A program made the translations under genes and the position numbers. Shown piece after piece: positions 26,396 through 40,300 of a DNA stretch of 64,000 bases. The stretch is from the NCBI GenBank assembly GCA_002269645.1, contig NIVC01001150.1, positions 68,970 to 132,969 on the forward strand, given 5' to 3'. The stretch's first letter is position 1; each line of letters opens with the position of its first letter. The notes under the pieces are model-generated. The model did not search any database. It was not told where the DNA came from and worked only from the letters and a program-made list of their open reading frames with translations. The stretch comes from Macrostomum lignano (Eukaryota).

Positions 26396-28574
26396 ACCCA
26401 TGGATAAAAGGAGTGCACCTGCTTTCACAATATATTCATTATAAATATTAAAGATAAATTGCGCATGGCCTCAGACAGCTCCAAAATCGGAGACGCCAGG
26501 CAGAGTTAAAAAGCGCAGATACAAATGTTGTTGAGGCCCCAAAGTCAAAGCCCTGTTTATGATATCAAACTATTAAGTCTAGTAAACTATAAGTGAACAA
26601 TATCAGATCAAAGGTCTGGAGACTCAAGAATCAAGGTTGTAAGAGCTTTGTTCTTTCTCAAGCAAATTGGCCAGTGTTTTTTTCCAGTCTTATGAAATCT
26701 GCTTGCGCGGTCAGATTGTTCGTAAAAAATTGGGGCTCTCAACTGACCAAGTGGCCGGAATGGAGGCCACAGAGACGGTGTGTGAGCTCGGACTCAAAGT
26801 TATGCTATTTAGATATGCAAAGCCATGCTAATGAGCGGCCGCTCGCAATCTGAGTTGTATCGATATCGATTTATGAGGCCACTCAGGCTGTCAAGTGGGC
26901 TCAACAAGGCTAAATTTATGTTTCGAGCTGCAGTCCCGAGTCCCCACTTGTGGCCGCACAACCCACTTCCCAAGCCTTGTTGCTAAAAAACCTCTCGTGT
27001 TATTGGCTTATTCATTTCCGTTGGACAAACCTTGCTAAAGAAGCATGTCTTCCAGAACAGGCGCATTGCGCAAGCCGCGGGGCCTCTCGGAGCCACCAAC
27101 GGCGGCGATTGCGCGAGTCCCGAGCTCGAATTGCTTTTTGCCGCTTGTTGACAGGACTTTGTGAGGCTGCTGGGCTGCGCTGATCCGCTGTGTCCACAGC
27201 CGGCCGCGCAGCGGGGCGCCCTGTGTATTTTTGTATATTTTTGCTGGAATGCTCGGCCCCAGCCAATTTGAGTGAAGGCAGCAAAAACTTTAAAAAGCCG
27301 CCCGCGCAATCGTCGGCCTCCAGCAGCCTCGAGTGGCGCCACTTGACGGGGCCAGGGGGAATCGTTTGCTCGGATGAGGCAACAATGAGATCCCATCGCT
27401 TTGCGATCCCCAAAAATGGATTCGAATGAATTTTCAATACAATTGGAGCATGAGGTGTACCAATCAATGAGAGCAAATATGCGGGGTGACAAACTGCTCA
27501 AATTTATGTAAACTCTGTCATTGAGCTGAGCTGTGTTGTCACTGGCCTGTCACCGGCACACTCTGCGACATGCCCTGCTCACACAAAAACTCTTTCGGCT
27601 GATTTATCTTTGCGCCGAATGAAAGGGGAGCAGCTCGATCGAGAATTGATTTATGAGTTTCGCGGTTATTAAGTGCCGCGCGCGCTCGTCATCCTCGCAC
27701 CCAGTCGGCATTGAGGCCGGGCATTGTCTCGCCAGCTCCTCCCGCGGGCCGGAGACGCCGCTTGGGAACATAATTGACAAATTATTGCATTATCCCGCGC
27801 ATGCGGGATCTGAGAGACTCAAATTAGATAGAGATGGACACGCGGGGAGATCGATCCCCACTGAGGCAGCTCGGGTCTCACCGACCGAAGTGCTCGGGAG
27901 GCCCCCGCTTGCCGCCTCGGGGCCTCCGGAGCAACTGGTGATTAAGTGGGCAGTTGGCCCGTATTGCACTCCTGCAATTAGGGCCCGCTGCACTGTTGCC
28001 GGGCCGCCGTGTTCTATGGCCCGGACCCCCTGCCCAAATTGGATTCTCCCCGCTTCGCTGCGGACACGGGGCCAACAGCGGCTTTGTTGAGGCGCGCGGC
28101 CCGTGAAGAACTGCCGCAAACAGCCGCCTTGGACATCGCCTGGAGGAGGGCGGCCGTCCCCCACCCCCACCCTTCCCGTTGCTGTTTTCATTTGCCGGGG
28201 AGTGCCGATCTTTATCCAGCAAGCTGCATTAGTGAGTCTTTGTTTTTCTCTCACATTCGACAAGGCGTTTCCATGCAATTTGTTTGGCCAGGTCGGCACT
28301 TCGTAAAATTGGTGCACGAGTCAGGCTGGCTAATGGCTTGAAATTTTTCTATTGAGGACTTGAATTCCGCTATGACAGGCTTTCACTGTTTGACTGGTCA
28401 GTTGCGAACCAGCCATGCATTACACACTCTTATCGCCTTTTCTCTGGCATTTTCCCCTGTGCCTCGCATCACGAGCCTAGCTTTGCGTCCATCAGTCCGC
28501 TTAGGAAATGTGCTTTCTACAAATCAACTGCCTCTTTATCCTGAATTGCGGTCAGCTTTGACCTTGAGCTTCAA

Positions 28575-28815
28575 TGTCTGTCTCTAATTGTGCTTGTCTG
28601 CATCTGTCTGCATCTGTCTGTATCTGTCTGCATCTGTCTGTATCTAAATCTATCTATCTCTGTCTGTCTCTCTCTGCCTCTGTATCTATCTGTCTCTCTC
28701 TGTATCTGTCTGTATCCATCTGTATCTCAGTATCTGTCTATATCCATCTGTATCTCTGTATCTGTCTGTATCTGTCTGTATCTGTCTGTATCTCTGTATC
28801 TAAATCTATCTGTCT
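28575..28815. repeat. Degenerate (TATCTG/TCTG)n low-complexity tract
   Basis: Imperfect 4-6 bp repeats. Confidence 0.85.
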
Positions 28816-29835
28816 CACTCGTCTCCCTTTCTCTGACCCGCTGTCCCTCTCTATTTTAAACGCTCTCTCCATCCCACAGTCTCAGCTCTACTCTTCCCCT
28901 TTCCCTGCGCGCACACCTTAAGCATCAACTGAGCCCCAGTAACCGGGCGATAGCAGAGCAGCTGAGCAGCTCCAGAATCCGTGACTGACAGGCCATCGCA
29001 CGGCACACTTCGCATCTCCCGTGGGCCAGTCGAGTGTCCTAAAATTGCATGTTTCCCAATTCACAAGCAGGCAATGCTGGCCAAATACTTGTTGAGCCCG
29101 AGCTTGGGAAATAGATGGATATTCGATTCGAATTAGATCGAATTGCCACTCGAACAACAATGCAGGCCATCTCGGCCCGGAGACAGGGGGGCTCCATCCG
29201 GCTGCTCAGCGGTGACGCCACGCCGAGTTTTTGTCGCGAGCCGCACGGAGGCCGGCGGGGGGTCGCGGCCATAGACAGCAGCTTTGAGAAGGCAATTACG
29301 AGTCAGGAGGAGGGCGGAAGCCGGCCATCCCCGGACTCTCGTCATCGGTGACAGCTCGGATGACACTGCGGGAGACTTGCGTCACCGCCCGCAGTTTTCA
29401 ATAATATAAATATTCGCTACTCGAGCCTGCGCCATAAACTCGTTGCCGAGGCCTGCAGTTTGCCTGCAAGTTTTGTTTAGCTAAACTGGCCAGTCAGCTG
29501 ACCCCAGCTGTGCTTAATCCCCAGGCCCGTCACGCTGGGCATCAGTGGGATATCAATGAGCTGGAGGGGCGGGCCCGTGGCGTAATCCGGCCAGGTGCGA
29601 CTGCATCCGGGTCAGCGCCGCCCGTGCGGGGATCGAAGAAGGAGCGCTGAAGTGGCCGAAGCGTTCGGAGCGGTGCGAACTCCCTAAGCATTTCGAGCTC
29701 GCCTTAACTTTACAGATGCGGCTGTTGGGCCTTCGTGCGGCAGCTGCTGGGGCGGTCGCGAGACTTCTGCGCTCTTGGAAGGCCCGCCGGCTTTTGGTGG
29801 CTTTTTTCAAGGCAAATGACTCTGTTGCTAGGACT

Positions 29836-31660
29836 CTTGTCATGACAGCATCCAGCTTTATGACTCGTGTCATGACAGCACACACCTCTATGACTCGTGT
29901 CATGACAGCATCCAGCTCTATTTATGACTCGTGTCATGACAGCATCCAGCTCTATGACTCGTCATGACAGCATCCAGCTCTATGACTCGTGTCATGACAG
30001 CATCCAGCTCTATGACTCGTGTCATGACAGCATCCAGCTCTATGACTCGTGCCATGACAGCATCCAGCTCTATGACTCGTGTCATGACAGCACACACCTC
30101 TATGACTCGTGTCATGACAGCACACACCTATGACTCGTGTCATGACAGCACCACCTCTATGACTCGTGTCATGACAGCATCCAGCTCTATTTATGACTCG
30201 TGTCATGACAGCATCCAGCTCTATGACTCTTCATGACAGCATCCAGCTCTATGACTCGTGTCATGACAGCATCCAGCTCTATGACTCGTGTCATGACAGC
30301 ATCCAGCTCTATGACTCGTGCCATGACAGCATCCAGCTCTATGACTCGTGTCATGACAGCACACACCTCTATGACTCGTGTCATGACAGCATCCAGCTCT
30401 ATGACTCGTGCCATGACAGCATCCAGCTCTATGACTCGTGTCATGACAGCACACACCTCTATGACTCGTGTCATGACAGCACACACCTCTATGACTCGTG
30501 TCATGACAGCATCCAGCTCTATTTATGACTCGTGTCATGACAGCATCCAGCTCTATGACTCTTCATGACAGCATCCAGCTCTATGACTCGTGTCATGACA
30601 GCATCCAGCTCTATGACTCGTGTCATGACAGCATCCAGCTCTATGACTCGTGCCATGACAGCATCCAGCTCTATGACTCGTGTCATGACAGCACACACCT
30701 CTATGACTCGTGTCATGACAGCACACACTCTATGACTCGTGTCATGACAGCACCAGCTCTATGACTCGTGTCATGACAGCACCAGCTCTATGACTCGTGT
30801 CATGACAGCATCACAGCTCTATGACTCGTGTCATGACAGCATCCAGCTCTATGACTCTTCATGACAGCATCCAGCTCTATGACTCGTGTCATGACAGCAT
30901 CCAGCTCTATGACTCGTGTCATGACAGCATCCAGCTCTATGACTCGTGCCATGACAGCATCCAGCTCTATGACTCGTGTCATGACAGCACACACCTCTAT
31001 GACTCGTGTCATGACAGCATCCAGCTCTATGACTCGTGCCATGACAGCATCCAGCTCTATGACTCGTGTCATGACAGCACACACCTCTATGACTCGTGTC
31101 ATGACAGCACACACCTCTACGACTCGTGTCATGACAGCATCCAGCTCTATTTATGACTCGTGTCATGACAGCATCCAGCTCTATGACTCTTCATGACAGC
31201 ATCCAGCTCTATGACTCGTGTCATGACAGCATCCAGCTCTATGACTCGTGTCATGACAGCATCCAGCTCTATGACTCGTGCCATGACAGCATCCAGCTCT
31301 ATGACTCGTGTCATGACAGCACACACCTCTATGACTCGTGTCATGACAGCACACACCTCTATGACTCGTGTCATGACAGCATCCAGCTTTATGACTCGTG
31401 TCATGACAGCACACAGCCTTATAACTCGTGTCATGACAGCATCCAGCTCTATGACTCGTCATGACAGCATCCAGCTTATGACTCGTCATGACAGCATCCA
31501 GCTCTATGACGTTCATGACAGCACACACCTCTATGACTCGTGTCATGACAGCATCCAGCTTTATGACTCGTGTCATGACAGCATCCAGCTCTATGACTCG
31601 TCATGACAGCATCCAGCTTTATGACTCGTCATGACAGCATCCAGCTTTATGACTCGTGTC
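29836..31660. repeat. 30-bp minisatellite (ATGACTCGTGTCATGACAGCATCCAGCTCT)n, ~60 copies, with higher-order structure
   Basis: Unit contains the palindrome TGTCATGACA. Marker variant TATTTATGAC recurs at ~29920, 30189, 30521 and 31149. Confidence 0.96.
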
Positions 31661-33904
31661 GTAGTACAGTTCTTAGTTAGCCAGGCGCAGAAACTGAATG
31701 GTATTGAAGTTTTCACAGACAATTTTATCTGTGGAAATTAAGAAAGCAAATCTTTCCAAAATACTAAAGCATAAAATTCTTTTATTCAGAGGCTCCTTTC
31801 CCAAGTGTGAAATCCCAATGGCTTCTTTGCCCCCCCCCGTGGCTCCAGACTTCCTCCAAAAACAAGCCTCAATGGCATGAAGAGGCTCGGCTGTTCCCTC
31901 TGAATTTTTTACCCAAAGCTTGGCCACCGCAATGGCGAGGGCGTCAAAAAGTCAGCAAACCGCAGGGTGACGCAACCGATGGGGCCATAAACAGAGGCTG
32001 GAGTCTCCCAACGGGGGGCCGGCACCCCAAATCCTGTAGGCTGCGGAGCAACTGCCGCCAATCCTCAAAGCCGATTGCCTGCCTGTCAGGTCCAGCGCAC
32101 AGGCAGCGGCAGGGTTAATTCTCGCACTGCCAGCCGGTGATGCAACCTGCGCATTCGGCTTCACAATTTATTGCCACTTTTTGCTGCTTTCGCGCTGCAA
32201 TTCGCGCACTTGCACGGCAAAGTTGACACTCCAGCTTATCTGCGGCTGTTTGACTTTGCCGGCCGGGGCCGAGGATGAAGGAGGCTGGGAGATACCGCCG
32301 CGAGTGACGCAATGCCGCACTGTTTAGCCGGGAATTGGGTGTCGCACTCCGAACTGACGCAGCGATCTGCAGAGGGAGTTTCGAGCCCGCACCTGCGGCC
32401 TGAAGCCCCGGCACTGAGAATCGGGCTGAAAGCAATTACAGAGATAATAAATCTGGCAGGCAATTCTTCACAGGCCGCAGGGTCAATTAACACTGGAAAA
32501 TCAGCCTGTGATGCTGAACACCATGAGCCACTCGTCATTTCTGCGTAGATAATCAAATCTTCTCTTGAAAGCGTTGCAGTTTCTTTTACCAACCAGCTTT
32601 TCCTTAATTTCAACCATGAGTCCTCAATCTCAACCAGCGGTTTTCCGGTGCCTTGCTGGGGAGCCAAAGTGTGGGTCATGAGTCCGCATTGGTCATCATC
32701 TGCCTGAAGGACCTTCGGGCCATAAAAATGCCCCGACAAGTTTCAGAATGACAAATTCCACCGTGAAAACAACCCAGAGATGAGGGCGCACGGAGACGGC
32801 ACCAAACCTGCCAGAGATTTCTGTTTCGGGCAGCGGGGCGACTCGCGCGTGGAAACTCGAGAGCGACTGAAAGCAGAACTGAAAGTAACAAAAAGCAGTC
32901 GGTGAAACAAGAAAAACCATGGCATTCGCTGCATTTTTGCCAGTTGGGTGTCAGTTTCTGTGCTTTATGGCCCCGAACTCCCATTGGCAACTGGGGATCG
33001 CTACAATTATGGGCTTTGGAAACTGAAATCAGAGCAAACCTGCGGGCCCTGCAGTGCGGAGCGCGGGCTGACAATTAAACATTTTGCGAGCCACATTGAC
33101 AACCGGGGAGCCGGGCAGAGCAGGGCTTGTTGCTTGACTGTTCAGTTTCGGCCTTCATAAATATTTTATTGCTCGCTGAGATTTTACAGGACATGCGCTG
33201 AGCTTCCGCGTTCTTTAACCCCGACTGTCTCAGCGTGGGAAATGTCTATGGCACAAAGGGGAAAGTTTTATCGGAGCGATGGATGAGACACTTTTGGTTC
33301 GCTGTTTATGGCCCGCAGACTGCAGTTTACGGTGCGAAATTTTCCAGCAATATCGCTTCACTCGGGTTTTACATCTCAGTGCTGCTTGGAGAATAAACTC
33401 GGGAAGGCACTCGATGTTGTTGGCCATGGTGACTACATAGTGAGAATATCATTTGGCCGCAAAGCAGTGCCATCTAAGAGCTAAGCACAATAAGCATCCA
33501 AATCTAGAAAGCACTTTCTGAGTCTTCCAGAGCCAAAAATCTCGGCTTTGATTTCTGCCGCAAGCAACAGGCAGCCGGCCAGGCAGTTGCCCCCTCCCCG
33601 TGCCACCAACAGACCCCTGCCTGCACCAGCGAATCCCGGATGCAGAGGCGGCACGGGCGGTGCGCTACAGAGGAAACTGAGGCAGTTTCTCACGGCCGCG
33701 GCAGCCGAGAACTGGGTCAGCTGGGTCAGCTGGGTCAGCGGGGCACGGGAAACCCCTGCCGGGGCTGCCAGCGCCATTTCCTACCGAAACGGAAACTCAT
33801 CGCGTCATAAAATTTATTTGCTGGCTGAGCCTCAGCTGCCGCTGCCAAGCATCGCATGACACCTGTGGGGGGCTGCTGGCATGCAGTGCTTCATGTCTGG
33901 GGAT

Positions 33905-35087
33905 GCCAATTCAATCTACAGATCCCAGTTCAATCTACAGATCCCAGTTCAATCTACAGATCCCAGTTCAATCTACAGATCCCAGTTCAATCTACAGATC
34001 CCAGTTCAATCTACAGATCCCAATTCAATCTGCAGATCCCAGTTCAATCTACAGATCCCAATTCAATCTACAGATCCCAATTCAATCTACAGATCCCAGT
34101 TCAATCTACAGATCCCAGTTCAATCTACAGATCCCAATTCAATCTACAGATCCCAGTTCAATCTACAGATCTCAATTCAATCTACAGATCTCAATTCAAT
34201 CTACAGATCCCAGTTCAATCTACAGATCCCAGTTCAATCTACAGATCCCAGTTCAATCTACAGATCCCAATTCAATCTACAGATCCCAGTTCAATCTACA
34301 GATCCCAATTCAATCTACAGATCCCAATTCAATCTACAGATCCCAATTCAATCTACAGATCCCAGTTCAATCTACAGATCCCAATTCAATCTACGGATCC
34401 CAGTTCAATCTACAGATCCCAGTTCAATCTACAGATCCCAATTCAATCTACGGATCCCAATTCAATCTACAGATCCCAGTTCAATCTACAGATCCCAATT
34501 CAATCTACAGATCCCAATTCAATCTACGGATCCCAATTCAATCTACAGATCCCAGTTCAATCTACAGATCCCAGTTCAATCTACAGATCCCAGTTCAATC
34601 TAAAGATCCCAATTCAATCTACAGATCCCAGTTCAATCTACGGATCCCAATTCAATCTACAGATCCCAATTCAATCTACAGATCCCAGTTCAATCTACAG
34701 ATCCCAGTTCAATCTACAGATCCCAGTTCAATCTACAGATCCCAATTCAATCTACAGATCCCAATTCAATCTACGGATCCCAATTCAATCTACAGATCCC
34801 AGTTCAATCTACAGATCCCAGTTCAATCTACAAATCCCAGTTCAATCTACAGATCCCAGTTCAATCTGCAGATCCCAGTTCAATCTACGGATCCCAGTTC
34901 AATCTACAGATCCCAGTTCAATCTACAGATCCCAGTTCAATCTGCAGATCCCAGTTCAATCTACAGATCCCAGTTCAATCTACAGATCCCAATTCAATCT
35001 ACAGATCCCAGTTCAATCTACAGATCCCAGTTCAATCTACAGATCCCAATTGAATCTACAGATCCCAGTTCAATCTGCAGATCCCAA
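33905..35087. repeat. 19-bp minisatellite (CARTTCAATCTACAGATCC)n, ~62 copies
   Basis: Direct tandem repeat; explains three long ORFs. Confidence 0.97.
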
Positions 35088-35879
35088 AATCTGTAGGATA
35101 GTTCAAGGATATTGCGAGGCAGATTGGCTTCATGAAGAAAAGCAGAGAAATTATTCAAATGGGAGAAATTAATTTGACAACGACTCAGGCAGGGGCCACT
35201 GTGGATGGGAGGCTAAACGGGCTGAATGGGGATTTCGCAAGCCCGAGTATCCGGGGCCCCCGCCCCAACTGTTTGCTCAGCTTGCGGCATTGAGGCCGCC
35301 TGGGCGGGGCGGCCGGGTCTCGCCGCCAATGCGGGCCGGCACACATGCCGCCATAAATATTTAGAATTCTATGAGAAATTGCTGGCAGCCAGCCAAGCCG
35401 GGGTCTCGTGGCCCGGCGGTTTTTTTATCTCCCAAAATCTCACCCGGCGACCCCGACTCAAAACCTCCCGCGGGGCTCTCAGCCCGGCCCGTCCATCAAG
35501 GCACCAGTCGCGTGTGTTATCCCAGGCCTCGTTATTTTGCTTCTGGCTTCTTATCCTTGGGGGGGGCAGATGAGGCGGCCGGCTCTGTGCCAAATTGGGG
35601 CCGGCAGCGCCGCGCTTGAGGAGCCGCACGCGACTCCCCCTGCGGACTGCATGGAGTCTGGGGCCTCGGCAACCTCTGCCAACTTTTTAATTAGCTGCGG
35701 TAAAGCACCCGGCTCTGAATGCGCCCCGTTTTGTTGGCGAGTAGCCGCGTTCTCAGAACAGGTCCCCGAAATGATTGTCTTGCCGCGGACTGTCTGAATT
35801 CTCTGGCGTGATCTTTTTATTTGAATGGTCAAAGTTGTGATCCCAAACTGCGCTCTTGGTACTTTTGCAAGTGAAAAAT

Positions 35880-36308
35880 GACTCCTTGTCTGACACTTTT
35901 TGTCTGACACTCCTTGACACTCCTTGTCTAGTAGTTTTTGTCTAGTACTCCTTGTCTGGCACTCCTTGTCTGGCACTCCTTGTCTGGCACTCCTTGTCTG
36001 ACACTCCTTGTCTGGCACCCCTTGTTTGGCACTCCTTGTCTGGCACTCCTTGTCTGGCACTCCTTGCCTGGCACTCCTTGCCTGGCACTCCTTGCCTGGC
36101 ACTCCTTGTCTGGCACTCCTTGTCTGGCACTCCTTGTCTGGCACTCCTTGTTTGGCACTCCTTGTTTGGCACTCCTTGTCTGGCACTCCTTGTCTGGCAC
36201 TCCTTGCCTGGCACTCCTTGCCTGGCACTCCTTGCCTGGCACTCCTTGCCTGGCACTCCTTGCCTGGCACTCCTTGCCTGGCACTCCTTGTCTGGCACTC
36301 CTTGTCTC
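35880..36308. repeat. 14-bp minisatellite (ACTCCTTGYCTGGC)n, ~30 copies
   Basis: Direct tandem repeat. Confidence 0.95.
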
Positions 36309-37364
36309 AATAGCTGAGGGCGGAGTCGCCAGGCGCAGCCATAAATATTTATCAATGAGCGGAGCAACAAAAAGCTGAATAGGAAAAACCCTCGAGCTCG
36401 GATTTCAGTAATTTGGCTTCTTGCCGAATCTGCTTTGTGCAGTGATGGGGTGGCCGCGGCTCGCGCCCGAGATCCTCAGTGGGATTCCGGCGGCCGGAAG
36501 GAGCGGGGAGAGCGCGGCGGCCGCGGCTATAAAATGGTGAAACCCGACACCGCGTTGGTGTCGGTGGCCGCCCATCATAAACCTGCCACTTCTGAGGGGC
36601 CTCTGCCGCCAACAGCAGGTCTTGGGTTTCAGTCCGGGCTCGTCAGCAACCGCCCAGCCTGTTGGGGGGGGGGGGGCGCCCGCGCTTCCGCACCAGCACC
36701 GGTTCATCTCCGGTATACCGTGGCCTGCCGAACAGTTATTGGCGACTCTCCATGGCAACTGGTGAGGCAGCAGCACTGTCCGAATGTGTGCGCTCGTACC
36801 AGCTTATTCAAAGCCATTCCAGCATCCCCATGAGGATTTTACATTTTTACCTGATTGATCTCCGATTTCAGCTCAGAAAAACACCATAGCGAGCTTCGTA
36901 TTGCCTCCGATTCAAAGCCAACGGTAAACTCCTTGTGTCGTGAAATTTGCAACCATTGTACACTACTGTCTATCGCCAATCAGTAGCAATGTGCGCGCTG
37001 CATAAGATAAATTCGCAAAGCTGAGCAAATATTTTAATTGGGGCCGCGCGGTCAGGGCGGGCGGGCAATTTTTCTTGGCTCTCTTATCAATTCGGTTGCT
37101 GGCCTGGAGGTGAAAAATCACCGCTGCCCACCTAACCGTCGGTGCCCCGGGATTCGGCGATGACAGGCTGCGGGGGCAGGTGAGGACACCGGCCCTTCAT
37201 CAGCCGCATCGGGAGGCTGAATGGATGAGGCTTAATGCGGTCCAGAAGGCGCCGAGATAAAAGGCGGCGGCAGGCCCAGGTTGTCCGGCCGAGGCCCCGA
37301 AATTCTGGCCTTGTTTGCACTCGCTGACCACCGGCTTGAACGTTCCTTCAAAATCGCAGTCACC

Positions 37365-40300
37365 ATGGCAACCCAGCTGTCGCTTCTACTACCGCTGCTG
37401 CTGCTGGCGCCGCTGCTTGCGAGCCGGGCGGCGGGCCTCAGCCTGACGGGGGCAGCGGCCAAGACTCGTGAGTTGCTCTTGACTTGAGCAGGCAAACCTT
37501 TGTTATTAAATTTTGCAACTTTTCTAACTTGCTTTTGCTTGCTTTCACCTGTAAGCAAGGCTAAAAAAGAGTAAAAATGTTCAACATTGTGAATAATGAA
37601 AAATTCATATCAGAACACAAATAAAATTTCTGTTGAGTCACAACTACTACTGTGAGTAGTTCCTGTGATGAGGAGCGTCTCTGCTCAACGTAACCATCCC
37701 ACCCGGCCCCGCAGTCGAGGGCTCGCGGCACGCGCGCAGCAGACGCGAGACCACCAGCCCCTTCATCCCGCTGCGCCTGTTCGGCGACTCGAACCCCGAA
37801 CCGCAGCCCGGCTATCCGCGCACCTCGCCGGACTCAGAGCCGGACGAGCTGAGCCGCCACCGCACCGGCGGGGTGCCCCCGACGCCGCAGATCGTGCGAA
37901 TCCGCGGCGACCTGATGAAGATGAACCCCAACGAGGGCCGCGTCGAGGTCAACTACCACGGCGTCTGGGGGCTCGTCTGCGGCGACTACGTGCAGCAGAT
38001 TGAGGCCACGCTGGTCTGCCACCAGCTGGGCTTCGAGCTGTGAGCTGGGAACAGGGCCTGCCTGGGGTGAGATTCGATAGGGTGAGATTCGATAGGGTGA
38101 GATTCGATAGGGTGAGATTCGATAGGGTGAGATTCGATAGGGTGGGATTCGATAGGGTGAGATTCGATAGGGTGAGATTCGATAGGGTGAGATTCGATAG
38201 GGTGAGATTCGATAGGGTGAGATTCGATAGGGTGAGATTCGATAGGGTGAGATTCGATAGGGTGAGATTCGATAGGGTGAGATTCGATAGGGTGAGATTC
38301 GATAGGGTGAGATTCGATAGGGTGAGATTCGATAGGGTGAGATTCGATAGGGTAAGATTCGATAGGGTGAGATTCGATAGGGTGAGATTCGATAGGGTGA
38401 GATTCGATAGGGTGAGATTCGATAGGGTGAGATTCGATAGGGTGAGATTCGATAGGGTGAGATTCGATAGGGTGAGATTCGATAGGTGAGAGTAGATGGG
38501 GTGAGAGTAGAAGGGGTGAGAGTAGATGAGGTGAGAGTAGATAGGGTGAGAGTAGATAGGGTGAGAGTAGATGGGGTGAGTAGATGGGGTGAGGGTAGAT
38601 AGGGTGAGAGTAGATGGGGTGAGAGTAGATAGGGTGAGAGTAGATGGGGTGAGAGTAGATGAGGTGAGAATAGATAGGGTGAGAGTAGATAGGGTGAGAG
38701 TAGATAGGGTGAGAGTAGATGGGGTGAGAGTACATAGGGTGAGAGTAAATAGGGTGAGAGTAGATGGGGTGAGAGTACATAGGGTGAGAGTAAATAGGGT
38801 GAGAGTAGATGGGGTGAGAGCCGGTTTGTGAAGGGGAAAAAGCGGGCAGCACGAGAGTTCAAACTGAACTCGGTCCGCAGCGGAGCCAACCGGGTGTACA
38901 AGAACTCGTACTACGGCACCGGCCACTACAAGCGGCAGGACATCATCGTGGGCCACGTGCAGTGCAAGCACGACGGCGATGAGCTGACGCTGTTCGACTG
39001 CAAGCGGAAGCTGATGCCGCCCTGCGACCTGAACTCCACCACCGGGATCGAGTGCATCTACAACACCGGTGCGGCTCTGGCTGAATGCTTCCTCTGCTGT
39101 CCTTCTTGCTCACACTCCCTCTCTCTCCTCTCTCTCCCTTACCTTCCTCTTCCTCTCCTCTCTCCCTTACCTTCCTCTTCCTCTCCTCTCTCCCTTACCT
39201 TCCTCTTCCTCTCCTCTCTCCCTTTCCTTCCTCTCTCTCTCCTCTCTCCCTTTCCTTCCTCTCTCTCTCTCCTCTCTCCCTTTCCTTCCTCTCTCTCTTC
39301 TCACTCCCCTTCCTTCCTCTCTCTCTCCTCACTCTCCCTTCCTTCCTCTCTCTCTCCTCACTCTCCCTTCCTTCCTCTCTCTCTCCTCACTCTCCCTTCC
39401 TTCCTCTCTCTCTCATCTCTCTCCCTTTCCTTCCTCTCTCTCTCCTCACTCTCCCTTTTCTTCTTCTCTCTTTTCCTCTCCCTCTTTTCTTGTACTTTCT
39501 CTTCTTTGCCTCATACACGTCACTACATCTCAATCCCTTCTGCCTTCCCCTTCCTGATCTGCTCTTACTTTTCCGTCTCTCTCTTTGCCTTTTTGTTCGT
39601 GTCACCTGAGTTCGTTCGCAATCTTCAGCTTGCAATCAAACATTGAAGACATCGCACTGTCTCCCGCTGCAGGCTGCGACTGGGGCTGGTCCAGCTTCGA
39701 CGGCCTCTGCTACCGGCTGGAGACCGAGCCCAAGACTGCTGCCGAGGCCGCCGCCGCCTGCCAGGCCAAGGGTGCCAAGCTGGTGTCGGTGAACTCTTTG
39801 GAGGAGGGCAACTACATTACCAACATGCTGTACACCAAGTTCAGATGTGAGTCAGTTCGACGTGGGTCAGTGACTGCTGATTGAGTCAGATGATTGATGA
39901 TTGAGTCAGATGATTGCTGATTGAGTCAGATGATTGCTGATTGAGTCAGATTGATTGAGTCAGATGATTGCTGATTGAGGCAGATGATTGCTGATTGAGT
40001 CAGATGATTGCTGATTGAGTCAGATGATTGCTGATTGAGTCAGATGACTGCGGATTGAGTCAGATGACTGCGGATTGAGGCAGATGACTGCGGATTGAGG
40101 CAGATGACTGCGGATTGAGTCAGATGACTGCGGATTGAGTCAGATGACTGCGGATTGAGGCAGATGACTGCGGATTGAGGCAGATGACTGCTGATTGAGG
40201 CAGATGACTGCTGATTGAGTCAGATGACTGCTGATTGAGTCAGATGACTGCGGATTGAGTCAGATGACTGCGGATTGAGGCAGATGACTGCTGATTGAGT

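Noticed and set aside
26950-29700. Overlapping 75-175 aa ORFs in GC-rich DNA
   Set aside because: No recognisable domain or consistent exon chain; treated as non-coding or regulatory.
33234-33694. Su(H) sites CGTGGGAA (33234) and TTCTCACG (33687) as a paired SPS element
   Set aside because: About 450 bp apart and ~8 kb from the Hes promoter; not the SPS geometry.
33856-35172. Three long ORFs (240-438 aa)
   Set aside because: Produced by the 19-bp minisatellite.
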